Positions 51,108 through 60,607 of a stretch of DNA of 64,000 nucleotides are shown piece by piece; position 1 is the first letter of the stretch, and every line of letters begins with the position of its first letter. A model generated the notes under the pieces. The model saw only the letters and a program-made list of their open reading frames with translations. It was not told the DNA's origin and ran no database searches. The translations under genes were made by a program, and so were the position numbers. This stretch comes from Gemmatimonadota bacterium (GTDB lineage Bacteria; Gemmatimonadota; Gemmatimonadetes; Longimicrobiales; Gaopeijiaceae), in assembly GCA_039589315.1 (NCBI GenBank), contig JBDHHQ010000003.1, positions 64,001-128,000 on the forward strand, read 5' to 3'.

Positions 51108-53228
51108 TTGCGGAGCGCCGTGATCATCGGGGCCGGGCTCGTCCTGTCGGCAACCGCCCCCCTGCTCCCGAGCGCGGGGCCCGTTCGTGCTCAGGAACCC
51201 GCGCCGGACAGCCTTCCTCCGGTCACCGTCGACACCTTGGTCGTTCAGGTGCTTCGCACCCCGGTGGAGCTGGGCAACGTGCCCTTCTCCGTGTCCACCG
51301 CCGGAGTCGAAACCCTGCGGAGGGGCAAGGCCGGAGTCTCACTCGAGGAAGCCCTGCAGGCAGTCCCCGGCGTCCAGCTCCAGAACCGCTACAACTACTC
51401 GACGGGAGAGCGGGTCGCGGTGCGGGGCCTGGGCGCCCGCGCCCAGTTCGGCGTCCGTGGTCTCAAGGTGCTGATCGACGGGATTCCAGCTACGCTACCG
51501 GACGGCCAGTCCACCCTCGATCACCTGGACCTGGGCTCGTTGGGCCGGGCGGAGATCCTGCGGGGACCCGCATCGGCCCTGTACGGCAACGCCTCCGGGG
51601 GGGTGCTGTCGTTCTCCACTGCGCCACCCCCGACCACCCCGTTTCGCCCCGACGTGCTGATCGTCGGCGGAAGCGACGGACTGTTTCGGCTGCAGGGTAC
51701 CGCGGCCGGGACGGCCGGTGCCACGCGGTACCTGGCCAACGTGGCGTGGCTCGGCTACGACGGATTCCGTACCAACCCCCTGGAGCCGGAGGGCCAACCC
51801 TACAGCCGCGCGGAACGCCTGAACGTCAATGGCCAGCTCTCGTGGAACGTCTGGGGCGGCAGGCTCGGCCTGACGGTCAACGCCCTTCGCCTGGATGCCG
51901 AGAACCCAGGGTCGCTGTCGGATTCGCTGCTCGCGGTGGGAGATCGCGAGGCGTTCCGTTTCAACGTCATTCAGCAGACCCGGAAGGAGGTGAGCCAGGG
52001 CCAGGCCGGCGTGAGCTGGGAGGGTCCGGTGGGCTCGCTTCGGGGCCAGATCACCGCGTACGGCATCACGCGAACGCTGGACAACCCAATCCCGCCGGTG
52101 GTGATCGACCTCGGTCGTCTGGCGGGAGGAGTGAGAGCCACCCTGGGGAGCGGCTCGGTGCGGTCGGAGGAGCGGGCCGGTTGGCTCGTCGGCGCCGACC
52201 TCGAGCTCCAGCGCGACGACAGGCTCAACTACGACAACGACGGCGGCGAGCGAGGCGAGGTCGTATTGGACCAGCTCGAGCGCGTGCGGGGGGTGGGTGT
52301 CTTCGCCCAGGGAGGCCTGGGAGTGGGATCGCGACTCCGTGTGGTCGGCGCCCTCCGTTACGACCGGTCGAGCTTCGAGGCCGACGACCGCCTTCCCGCA
52401 CGCTTTCCCGGACAGGGCCTCGAGGACGCATCCGGTGACCGCACCATGGACGCCCTGAGCCCTTCGGTCGGCATCAGCCTGGACGCCGGATCGGGACAGA
52501 CCGCCTTCGTCAGCGCCTCGTCGCTCTTCGGAACGCCGACGACCACCGAGCTCGCGAACCAGCCGGATGGCTCCCGCGGCTTCAACCAGGAGCTCGACCC
52601 ACAGACGGGCTTCACGCTGGAAGCCGGTGCGCGGGGGCGCTTGGGTGGGTCGGCCGGATACGAGATCGCCTTCTTCCGCACGCAGCTCGAGGGCGAGCTC
52701 ATTCCGTTCGAGTCGCCGGACCAGCCGGGCCGGACCTTCTTCCAGAACGCGGGATCGTCTCGGTACCGAGGCGTGGAGGCCTCTCTGTTCGGCTCCGCGG
52801 GTAGGGGAGTGAGCGGGAGGGTCACCTATACGTTCACGGACGCCGAGTTCGAGGACTACGTGGTCGACGGCGAAGATCTGCGCGGCAACAAGATCCCGGG
52901 TCAGGCTCCGCACCGAGTGGAGGCCCTGCTACGCATCGATCAGGGGAGGGGCTATGGCGAGCTCCGGTATCTCTTCATGGACGCAATCCCGGTGAATGAC
53001 CGGAACACGGCGTCTTCCGACGGCTACGGTCTCGTGGACCTTCGGGGGGGATTCGCCGACCTGGCCCTTGGCCGGCTGGTGCTGTCGCCCTTCGTGGGGG
53101 TGAACAACCTGTTCGACGAGACCTACGTGGCGTCCGTGGTGGTCAACGCGTTCGGCGGCCGGTTCTTCGAGCCGGGCCCCACCCGGACCCTCTACGTGGG
53201 CCTGTCGGCCGGCTGGCCGGGAGGCTGA
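51108..53228 (+). CDS. TonB-dependent receptor, YncD/PqqU-like
   Basis: TonB-box-like DTLVV; QNRYNY...RGLGARAQFGVRG...DGIPATLPDGQ; EILRGPASALYGNASGGV; NNLFD...FEPGPTR. Confidence 0.88.
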   Translation: MRSAVIIGAGLVLSATAPLLPSAGPVRAQEPAPDSLPPVTVDTLVVQVLRTPVELGNVPFSVSTAGVETLRRGKAGVSLEEALQAVPGVQLQNRYNYSTGERVAVRGLGARAQFGVRGLKVLIDGIPATLPDGQSTLDHLDLGSLGRAEILRGPASALYGNASGGVLSFSTAPPPTTPFRPDVLIVGGSDGLFRLQGTAAGTAGATRYLANVAWLGYDGFRTNPLEPEGQPYSRAERLNVNGQLSWNVWGGRLGLTVNALRLDAENPGSLSDSLLAVGDREAFRFNVIQQTRKEVSQGQAGVSWEGPVGSLRGQITAYGITRTLDNPIPPVVIDLGRLAGGVRATLGSGSVRSEERAGWLVGADLELQRDDRLNYDNDGGERGEVVLDQLERVRGVGVFAQGGLGVGSRLRVVGALRYDRSSFEADDRLPARFPGQGLEDASGDRTMDALSPSVGISLDAGSGQTAFVSASSLFGTPTTTELANQPDGSRGFNQELDPQTGFTLEAGARGRLGGSAGYEIAFFRTQLEGELIPFESPDQPGRTFFQNAGSSRYRGVEASLFGSAGRGVSGRVTYTFTDAEFEDYVVDGEDLRGNKIPGQAPHRVEALLRIDQGRGYGELRYLFMDAIPVNDRNTASSDGYGLVDLRGGFADLALGRLVLSPFVGVNNLFDETYVASVVVNAFGGRFFEPGPTRTLYVGLSAGWPGG

Positions 53229-53258
53229 GCGGTAGCGTCGGCACGGCGCCTGCCCGCA

Positions 53259-54374
53259 TCAGCCCGCCATCGCCCGGAAGAACTCACCGTGCCCATCGAC
53301 GATACGCCGCTGGGCGTCCGGGTCGGGCTCCAGCGACCAGTTCCCCCGCTCGAACGTGCCCCCGAGGAGGATCCCGTCGCTGCGCGGGATCATGTAGAGT
53401 CCCCCCGCCAGCGTGACGTAATCCACGTCGTCCTGCGGCACCAGCACATGGAGCTGGCCCTTCACCGGCACGAGCTCCTCGTCGCCGAAGAGGGCTCGGG
53501 CACCGAGCCCCGTGCAGTTCATGATGACGTGCTCGGGCAAGCTCATGACGTCGTCCATGCCGCGCAGCTCCCTCACCACGACGTCGCCACCGGCACGACG
53601 CACCTCGTGGAGCATCTCGCGAAGGTAGATGTGGGGCTCGATGACCATGGTCAGAAAGCGGAGCGCGTGACGATCGCCGAAGGGGTGCTCGCCGGGCGAC
53701 AAGCTCTCCAGCCCCGGATACAGCTCGGCGATCTCCTCGATCCAGGAGGGTCGGCTCACGGGTCGATCGCCGAAGACGTAGCTGTCCAGCCAACGAATCC
53801 CGAACCGGGCCCGGGGGACGTCCTGGAAGTGGCGGTGCGCCAGCCGCGATGCGTCCCGGAACGCACGGCCGAAGTCACCGGTCATGTTCGACGCCTCCGC
53901 TACCGACGTCGGTGCCCACAGTCCGCCGGCTACGTTGGACGTGGTGCGCGGCGGAAGATCGCGGGCGTAGATCGTCACCTGCCAGCCGCGGCGCTGCAGC
54001 AGACGGGCCGTCGCCAACCCCACCGCACCGCAGCCGAGCACGGCGGCACTCCGGTCTTCCGCATGCATGGCTTCGACCACTGCCTGTTCGGCGGTGCCCC
54101 AGGAGAGGGTGATGCCGGCGCCACCGTGGCCGTAGTCGTGGACCACCAGCTTGTCGTCCATCCGCTCGGCCTCGACCCGGAAGCCGCTCGGCCGGTAGGG
54201 GCGGAGCCCCACCACGGTCCTGATCACCCGGTCCCGCGAAGCTCGTACCGGCACGTGCGACCGGCGCGGCGCTGCGGTGGCCGGCCCCGGTCCACTCCCC
54301 CGCCCGGAGCAACCCGAGGCCAGGGCGGCCAGCGCGGCCGCTCCGGACGATCGTAGCCATCGCCTGCGGTCCAT
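53259..54374 (-). CDS. FAD-dependent D-amino acid oxidase-like Tat lipoprotein, circularly permuted
   Basis: MDRRRWLR...LASGC signal; VGLRPYR and VHDYGHGGAGITLSWG precede AVLGCGAVGL, TTSNVAGG, NCTGLGA, PVKGQ. Confidence 0.85.
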   Translation of the reverse strand: MDRRRWLRSSGAAALAALASGCSGRGSGPGPATAAPRRSHVPVRASRDRVIRTVVGLRPYRPSGFRVEAERMDDKLVVHDYGHGGAGITLSWGTAEQAVVEAMHAEDRSAAVLGCGAVGLATARLLQRRGWQVTIYARDLPPRTTSNVAGGLWAPTSVAEASNMTGDFGRAFRDASRLAHRHFQDVPRARFGIRWLDSYVFGDRPVSRPSWIEEIAELYPGLESLSPGEHPFGDRHALRFLTMVIEPHIYLREMLHEVRRAGGDVVVRELRGMDDVMSLPEHVIMNCTGLGARALFGDEELVPVKGQLHVLVPQDDVDYVTLAGGLYMIPRSDGILLGGTFERGNWSLEPDPDAQRRIVDGHGEFFRAMAG

Positions 54375-54692
54375 TCCGCCTCCCGGTTGAGCCGAAGTGC
54401 CCTCTGCGGCACGGTAGCGAACTCGCGGGTCCGCCGCAGCCCCGGTCCCTTCTCGGTCCTGGGGAAGCCGTGGCCCGGGTGGGCCCCGAGCCAGCAGGGA
54501 CGCGCCCGGCGCACGGGCCCCCTGGACCGTCAGCGGCTCGTCGCCAGCACCCGCCACGTACCGCGCATGGAACCGTCGCGGAATTCTGCGGATTGTGTAT
54601 TATCGAGTCGTCGATGCGGGTACGCAGCGCCTCCGCCCCTCTTGGCGCCCTGGCCCGCCGCAGAGTCCTCACTGGCTCCCGAGGAGGTCCCC

Positions 54693-55541
54693 ATGGGTTC
54701 CTACAGCCACCCCGAAGTCCTCGTTTCCACCGATTGGGTCGCCGAGCATGCGAACGACCCGAACGTGGCCGTCGTCGAGGTGAACGTCGACACCGAGCTC
54801 TACGATCAAGGTCACATCCCGGGCGCGATCGGCTGGAGCTGGAAGACTCAGCTCAGCGACAACGTGCGGCGGGACATCCTCTCCAAGGCCGATCTGGAGG
54901 CCCTGCTCTCCAGCTCCGGGGTCGGCACCGACTCCACCGTCATCCTCTATGGCGACAGCAACAACTGGTTTGCCGCCTGGGCTTTCTGGCAGCTCAAGGT
55001 CTACGGTCACCCGGACGTGAGGCTCATGGACGGCGGGCGGAGGAAGTGGGCTGCAGAGGGCCGCGCCATGACGACGGACGCTCCGGCGATCTCGCCCACG
55101 AGCTACATCGCCGCCGAGGCGGACAACTCACTCCGCGCCTTTCTGCCCGAGGTCCGGACAAGCGTCCAGAGCGGCGCCATCGAGCTCGTGGACGTCCGCA
55201 GCCCGGCCGAGTTCAGCGGCGAGATTCTGGCGCCTCCAGGCCTCCCGGAGACCTGTCAGCGAGGGGGGCACATCCCCGGTGCGTCGAACATCCCCTGGGG
55301 CAAGGCGGTGAACGACGACGACGGGACGTTCCGCACGGTCGACGAGCTCATCGACATCTACCGGACCGCTGGAATCACGGGAGAGAAGCCCATCGTCGCC
55401 TACTGCCGGATCGGTGAGCGGAGCAGCCATTCCTGGTTCGTGCTGAGGTACCTGATCGGCTACGACGACGTGAAGAACTACGACGGCTCCTGGACGGAGT
55501 GGGGAAACCTGGTCGGAGCCCCCGTGGAGCGGGGGAACTGA
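54693..55541 (+). CDS. Two-domain rhodanese / thiosulfate sulfurtransferase (CysA/SseA-like)
   Basis: LVSTDW, GHIPGA, DVRSPAEFSG, YCRIGERSS, NYDGSWTEWG; GAGGAGG RBS. Confidence 0.93.
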   Translation: MGSYSHPEVLVSTDWVAEHANDPNVAVVEVNVDTELYDQGHIPGAIGWSWKTQLSDNVRRDILSKADLEALLSSSGVGTDSTVILYGDSNNWFAAWAFWQLKVYGHPDVRLMDGGRRKWAAEGRAMTTDAPAISPTSYIAAEADNSLRAFLPEVRTSVQSGAIELVDVRSPAEFSGEILAPPGLPETCQRGGHIPGASNIPWGKAVNDDDGTFRTVDELIDIYRTAGITGEKPIVAYCRIGERSSHSWFVLRYLIGYDDVKNYDGSWTEWGNLVGAPVERGN

Positions 55542-55627
55542 GGCGGCACCTCCACGGGCCCGTGACGTTCCGGCGCTGGACCGCCGAGGCGCCGCACTAG
55601 AAACGCGCCTCCGCACAGGGGTATCAT

Positions 55628-55662
55628 GAGGGCCCCGGCCGACCCAGGCGGCCGGGGCCCTC
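55628..55662. other. Perfect 14-bp stem hairpin between the rhodanese gene and glnS
   Basis: GAGGGCCCCGGCCG-N7-CGGCCGGGGCCCTC; no U-tract. Confidence 0.6.
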
Positions 55663-55791
55663 GTCGTCTCGGATCCGACCCACGTCGTCGGTGCCGGGCG
55701 ACGTGCCGACCACGTCGCGAACGGCAGCCGCGCGCCCGTGTTTCAGCCTCGCCCAAGAGGGCCATGCGGGAACCCGGCGGGTACATCCGAG

Positions 55792-58290
55792 ATGAGCGCA
55801 GACCTTCGAGGGAGAGCCCCCGTGGCCGAATCCAACGATACCGGGGACCGGGGGGCGGCCGAGAACGCCCTGTCCGGGTCCCCCACACCGCGCCGCGCAG
55901 ACGACCCCGAAGCCCGAGCGCTCCGGGGGGGCGCGGAATCCGCGGCTGGGAGCGAGGGCGATGGGGCGCCTTCGCCCAGGCTACGCACCGACTTCGTGCG
56001 TGCCCAGGTCGAGGAGGACAACCGCACGGGCCTGTATGGTGGGAGGGTGCATACGCGGTTCCCGCCGGAGCCCAACGGATTCCTCCACATCGGTCACTCC
56101 AAGTCGATCTGCCTGAACTTCGGGATCGCGGAAGAGTACGGGGGCGCCTGCAATCTCCGCTTCGACGACACGAACCCGGAGACCGAGGACATGGCCTACG
56201 TCCGGGCCGCGGAGAAGGACATCCGCTGGCTGGGGTTCGAGTGGGACGGCCTCTTCTTCGCCAGCGACTACTTCGAGCAGCTCTACGACTTCGCCGAGAC
56301 GCTGATCCGCAAAGGCAAGGCCTACGTCGACAGCCTGACGGAGGAGGAAATCCGGGAACACCGCGGGACGGTGACGGAGCCGGGCCGTCCGAGTCCGTAC
56401 CGGGATCGCTCGGTGGAGGAGAACCTGGACCTGTTCCGGCGCATGCGGGCCGGTGAGTACGAGGACGGAGCCCACGTGCTCCGGGCCAAGATCGACATGG
56501 CCTCGCCCAACATGATCATGCGCGACCCGGTGCTGTACCGGATCCGTCACGCGAGTCACTACCGGACCGCCGACGAGTGGTGCATCTACCCGCTCTACGA
56601 CTTCACCCACTGCCTCTCCGACGCCCTGGAAGACATCACCCACTCGGTGTGCACGCTCGAGTTCGAGAACAACCGGGAGCTGTACGACTGGGTGCTGGAC
56701 GAAGTGGGGTACACGGACCCCCGCCCCCATCAGTACGAGTTCAACCGGCTGAACCTGGACTACACCGTCACGAGCAAGCGCAAGCTCATTCCGCTGGTCG
56801 AGGAAGGGCGCGTCAGCGGTTGGGACGATCCGCGGATGTCCACCCTGGCCGCGTTTCGGCGGCGCGGGGTCACGCCTGAGGCCATCCGGGCGTTTTGCGA
56901 CATGATCGGCGTCGTCAAGAGCGACAGCCGTGAGGATCTGGCCAAGCTGGAGTACGCCATCCGCGACGATCTCAACCGGAAGGCCCCCCGCGTCATGGGC
57001 GTGCTCGAGCCGCTGCGCGTGGTCGTCACGACCTTCCCCGATGAAGAGACCGACTGGCTGGATGCGCCGTACTATCCCCGCGACGTACCGCTCGAGGGGT
57101 CCAGGAAGGTGCCGTTCACCCGGGAGATCCTCATCGAACGGTCGGACTTCCAGGAGGATCCTCCCAAGGGATGGCGCCGTCTGGCACCGGGGTGGGAGGT
57201 GCGCCTTCGATACGGGTACGTCATCGAGTGCGAAGAAGTCGTGAAGGACGACAGTGGCCGCGTCGTGGAGCTCCGCTGCTCGCACGACCCGGGGAGTCGG
57301 GGCGGCAGCGCGCCTGACGGGCGCAAGATCAAGGGAACGATCCACTGGGTGTCCGCCGACCACGCCCTCCCCGCCGAAGTGAGGCTCTACGACCGGCTGT
57401 TCACCGAGCCGGATCCCCAGGCGGGCCCCGAGGGCACCGACCTCAGCGACTTCGTGAACCCCGAGTCCCTGGTGGTGGCGGCAGGCGCCCGGCTGGAGCC
57501 GAGCATTGCCGAAGACGATCCGGATACCCGGTACCAGTTCGAGCGTTTGGGCTACTTCTGGCGAGACCCAGTGGACTCGACGGCCGACGCTCTCGTGTTC
57601 AATCGGATCGTTACGCTGCGCGATACGTGGGCCAAGCGGGCCACCCAGGTACCGGAGCCCACCGCCCCGACGAAGCGGACGGAGGGCGGTACCGCACCAC
57701 GGACCGAGGCGGGCGCTTCCCGACGGCCGTCGCCTCCGACCCTGGGGCCAGAGGGACAGGCCCGCTTCGACAGATTCAGGGGCGAGCTCGGCGTCTCCCA
57801 CGACGATGCCCGCGGCCTGGCGGCCAACCCCGTCCTTTCGCGCTATCTCGACGAGGCGGTGGACGCCGGGGCCCCGGCCCCCGCCGCGGCGAGGTGGCTG
57901 GTGAACGAGCTTCTACGGGAAGCCAAGGACACGCCCCTCGAATCGTTGCCGGTGAGCGGGGTGAACGTGGCCGAGCTGCTCTCGCTCGTGGCCGATGGCA
58001 CCCTGTCCGTGGGTATCGCCCGAGAGGTGTTCGCCGACATGGTCGGAGGCGGCGGACGCCCGTTCGATATCGTGGAGCGGCGAGGCCTGCGCCAGATTTC
58101 CGACGACGACGCCCTGTCTCCCCTCATCGCCACGGTCGTGGACGAGCACCCCGACGAGGTCCGACGCTACCGGGAAGGCAAGTCGGCCCTGCTGGGGTTT
58201 TTCGTGGGCAAGGTCATGCGAGGCTCCGGTGGCAAGGCCAACCCCGAGCGCGTGCGGGCTCTGCTCGCGCGGGCGCTGGAGGAGGTCTAG
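55792..58290 (+). CDS. glnS: Glutamine--tRNA ligase with C-terminal YqeY domain
   Basis: TRFPPEPNGFLHIGH, LRFDDTNP, HSVCTLEF, TSKRKL, QFERLGYF; YqeY YREGKSALLGFFVGKVMRGSGGKANP. Confidence 0.95.
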   Translation: MSADLRGRAPVAESNDTGDRGAAENALSGSPTPRRADDPEARALRGGAESAAGSEGDGAPSPRLRTDFVRAQVEEDNRTGLYGGRVHTRFPPEPNGFLHIGHSKSICLNFGIAEEYGGACNLRFDDTNPETEDMAYVRAAEKDIRWLGFEWDGLFFASDYFEQLYDFAETLIRKGKAYVDSLTEEEIREHRGTVTEPGRPSPYRDRSVEENLDLFRRMRAGEYEDGAHVLRAKIDMASPNMIMRDPVLYRIRHASHYRTADEWCIYPLYDFTHCLSDALEDITHSVCTLEFENNRELYDWVLDEVGYTDPRPHQYEFNRLNLDYTVTSKRKLIPLVEEGRVSGWDDPRMSTLAAFRRRGVTPEAIRAFCDMIGVVKSDSREDLAKLEYAIRDDLNRKAPRVMGVLEPLRVVVTTFPDEETDWLDAPYYPRDVPLEGSRKVPFTREILIERSDFQEDPPKGWRRLAPGWEVRLRYGYVIECEEVVKDDSGRVVELRCSHDPGSRGGSAPDGRKIKGTIHWVSADHALPAEVRLYDRLFTEPDPQAGPEGTDLSDFVNPESLVVAAGARLEPSIAEDDPDTRYQFERLGYFWRDPVDSTADALVFNRIVTLRDTWAKRATQVPEPTAPTKRTEGGTAPRTEAGASRRPSPPTLGPEGQARFDRFRGELGVSHDDARGLAANPVLSRYLDEAVDAGAPAPAAARWLVNELLREAKDTPLESLPVSGVNVAELLSLVADGTLSVGIAREVFADMVGGGGRPFDIVERRGLRQISDDDALSPLIATVVDEHPDEVRRYREGKSALLGFFVGKVMRGSGGKANPERVRALLARALEEV

Positions 58291-58451
58291 ACGCACCTGC
58301 GCGCATCTCCTCTCTGCGCGCCGGGCCGGGCCGTCCGTCCACCTCAGCCGGTCCGGGCGTGGCGGCGAACGCCCGAGGGCGCGGGCACGGCCCTCGTCGC
58401 CAGGGGTATATTCGGGAGTCAGCAGCGATTCCCAGGGAGGGCACGGGAACG

Positions 58452-59417
58452 ATGGCCAACCCCGCCTATCTCGCCCTTGGCAGTGCGGAGCTCCGACGCC
58501 GAGCCGATGAGGCCCTAGCCGCTCTGGCCGACTGTCGCCTTTGCCCCCGCGACTGCGGCGTCGACCGGCTGCGCGGCAAGTGGGCCGCCTGCAAGACCGG
58601 CCGCTACGCGGTCGTGAGCAGCGCGTTCCCCCACCTCGGCGAGGAGGACTGCCTGCGCGGTTGGAACGGATCCGGCACGATCTTCTTCGCCCACTGCAAT
58701 CTGCGCTGCGTCTTCTGCCAGAACTACGACATCTCCCAGGGCGTTCGGCCCGGCCGACCCGAGGGAGGCACGCCGCCCGAGGCCATCGCGGCCGCCATGT
58801 TGTCGCTGCAAGCCCAGGGCTGCCACAACATCAACTTCGTCACTCCGGAGCACGTGGTACCCCAGGTGCTGGAGGCCCTCGTGTCCGCCGTGGACGGAGG
58901 GCTCCGGCTCCCCATCGTCTACAACACCAGTGCCTACGACGCCCTGGAGAGCCTGGACTGGCTGGACGGGGTCGTGGATGTCTACATGCCCGACTTCAAG
59001 CTGTGGAGCGCCTCGGCCAGCCGCACCTACCTGAAGGCCGAAGACTACCCCGAGGCCGCCCGAGCTGCCATTCGTGCGATGCACCGGCAGGTGGGTCCCC
59101 TGGTCATCGACGCCGATGGACTCGCGTCTCGAGGGCTGCTGATCCGCCACCTGGTCATGCCGGGCCTTTTGGCCGAGACGCGGGCCATCCTGGAGTGGAT
59201 CGCCGGGCAGCTGGGCCCCGGCACGTACGTGAATCTGATGGATCAGTACTACCCTGCAGGGAAGGTGTCGAAGCACGCCTACCCGGAGATCGACCGACGT
59301 CTCGAGAGCACGGAGCTCGACCAGGCACGAGCGATGGCCCAGGAGTTGGGCCTGGGGAGGCTGGACGAGCGGCGTCCCCATCCGTCGCTGCGAGCCCGAC
59401 GCTGGATCGCTATGTGA
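58452..59417 (+). CDS. PflX-like radical SAM protein
   Basis: CRLCPRDCGVDR, HLGEE, GSGTIFF..CNLRCVFCQN, GCHNINFVTP, YMPDFK, IRHLVMPG. Confidence 0.9.
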   Translation: MANPAYLALGSAELRRRADEALAALADCRLCPRDCGVDRLRGKWAACKTGRYAVVSSAFPHLGEEDCLRGWNGSGTIFFAHCNLRCVFCQNYDISQGVRPGRPEGGTPPEAIAAAMLSLQAQGCHNINFVTPEHVVPQVLEALVSAVDGGLRLPIVYNTSAYDALESLDWLDGVVDVYMPDFKLWSASASRTYLKAEDYPEAARAAIRAMHRQVGPLVIDADGLASRGLLIRHLVMPGLLAETRAILEWIAGQLGPGTYVNLMDQYYPAGKVSKHAYPEIDRRLESTELDQARAMAQELGLGRLDERRPHPSLRARRWIAM

Positions 59418-59460
59418 GTCGACCGGCGAAATCTACCATGTCCTGCCAACCGCCCCACCC

Positions 59461-60576
59461 ATGACATCGAGAGCCACGACCTTCGAGGGCGCCCACCCGA
59501 CGCGGTACTGGCATCGTCTCGACGACGGGCGCACCGAGTGCGACCTCTGCCCTCGAACATGCCGGCTCCGGGAGGGACAGCGCGGACTGTGCTTCGTACG
59601 TGCCTGCCAAGACGGACGGATCGTCCTCACCACGTACGGTCGATCCAGCGGGTTCTGCGTCGATCCCATCGAGAAGAAGCCGCTGAGCCACTTCTTGCCG
59701 GGGACGCCTGTGCTGTCCTTCGGCACGGCAGGCTGCAACCTCCAGTGCGCATTCTGCCAGAACTGGTCCATCTCCAAGTCGCGGGACGTGGACACGCTGG
59801 CCGACCGTGCGCTACCCGAGACGGTGGCCAGAGCCGCGGCCGAGCTCGGCTGCCGGAGCGTCGCCTACACCTACAACGACCCGATCATCTTCCACGAGTA
59901 CGCCATCGACGTGGCGAGGGCCTGCCGGGAGCGGGGCGTCCAGTCGGTGGCGGTGACCGCAGGATACGTGAATCCGAAGCCCAGAGCCGAGTTCTACCGA
60001 TACATGGACGGGGTCAACGTCGACCTGAAGGCCTTTTCCGAAGACTTCTATCGCAGGATCTGCAAGGGCCGCCTCGCTCCGGTCCTCGAAACGCTCCGGT
60101 ACCTCAAGCACGAGACGGCGGTCTGGCTGGAGATCACCAACCTCGTGATCCCGGGCGAGAACGACGAGGACGACGAATTCGACGCCATGAGCCGGTGGGT
60201 CGTGGCGGAGCTCGGCCCTGACGTGCCCCTGCACTTCACCGCGTTCCACCCCGACTTTCGCATGCTCGACCACCCCCGCACCCCACCGGCCACCCTCATG
60301 CGGGCACGGCAGATCGCCCTGGCGAACGGCGTCCGCCATGCCTACACGGGCAACGTCCGCGACCCGGACGGCCAGAGCACGTTCTGCCACGTCTGCGGTC
60401 AGGTCCTCATCGGCCGAGACGGCTACCGGATTTCCGAGTGGAATCTGTACGGTGAGGGGGCGTGTCGCGGCTGCGGCACGGCGTGTGCGGGCGTCTTCGA
60501 AGGCGCTCCGGGAGAGTGGGGAGCGAGGCGGCTGCCGGTGTGGCTAGCGAGCTTCCGAAGGGAATCGTCGGCGTAG
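59461..60576 (+). CDS. amrS: AmmeMemoRadiSAM system radical SAM enzyme
   Basis: CDLCPRTC, GLCFVR, DPIEKKPL.HF.PG, GCNLQCAFCQNW, AYTYNDP, NVDLK, LHFTAFHPD, YTGNV. Confidence 0.9.
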   Translation: MTSRATTFEGAHPTRYWHRLDDGRTECDLCPRTCRLREGQRGLCFVRACQDGRIVLTTYGRSSGFCVDPIEKKPLSHFLPGTPVLSFGTAGCNLQCAFCQNWSISKSRDVDTLADRALPETVARAAAELGCRSVAYTYNDPIIFHEYAIDVARACRERGVQSVAVTAGYVNPKPRAEFYRYMDGVNVDLKAFSEDFYRRICKGRLAPVLETLRYLKHETAVWLEITNLVIPGENDEDDEFDAMSRWVVAELGPDVPLHFTAFHPDFRMLDHPRTPPATLMRARQIALANGVRHAYTGNVRDPDGQSTFCHVCGQVLIGRDGYRISEWNLYGEGACRGCGTACAGVFEGAPGEWGARRLPVWLASFRRESSA

Positions 60577-60607
60577 GGCTCGCCGGAGGATCGTCCGCAG
60601 CGGCGAT

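Noticed and set aside
55542..55791. T-box leader before glnS
   Set aside because: Hairpins are present but there is no T-box consensus or U-tailed terminator.
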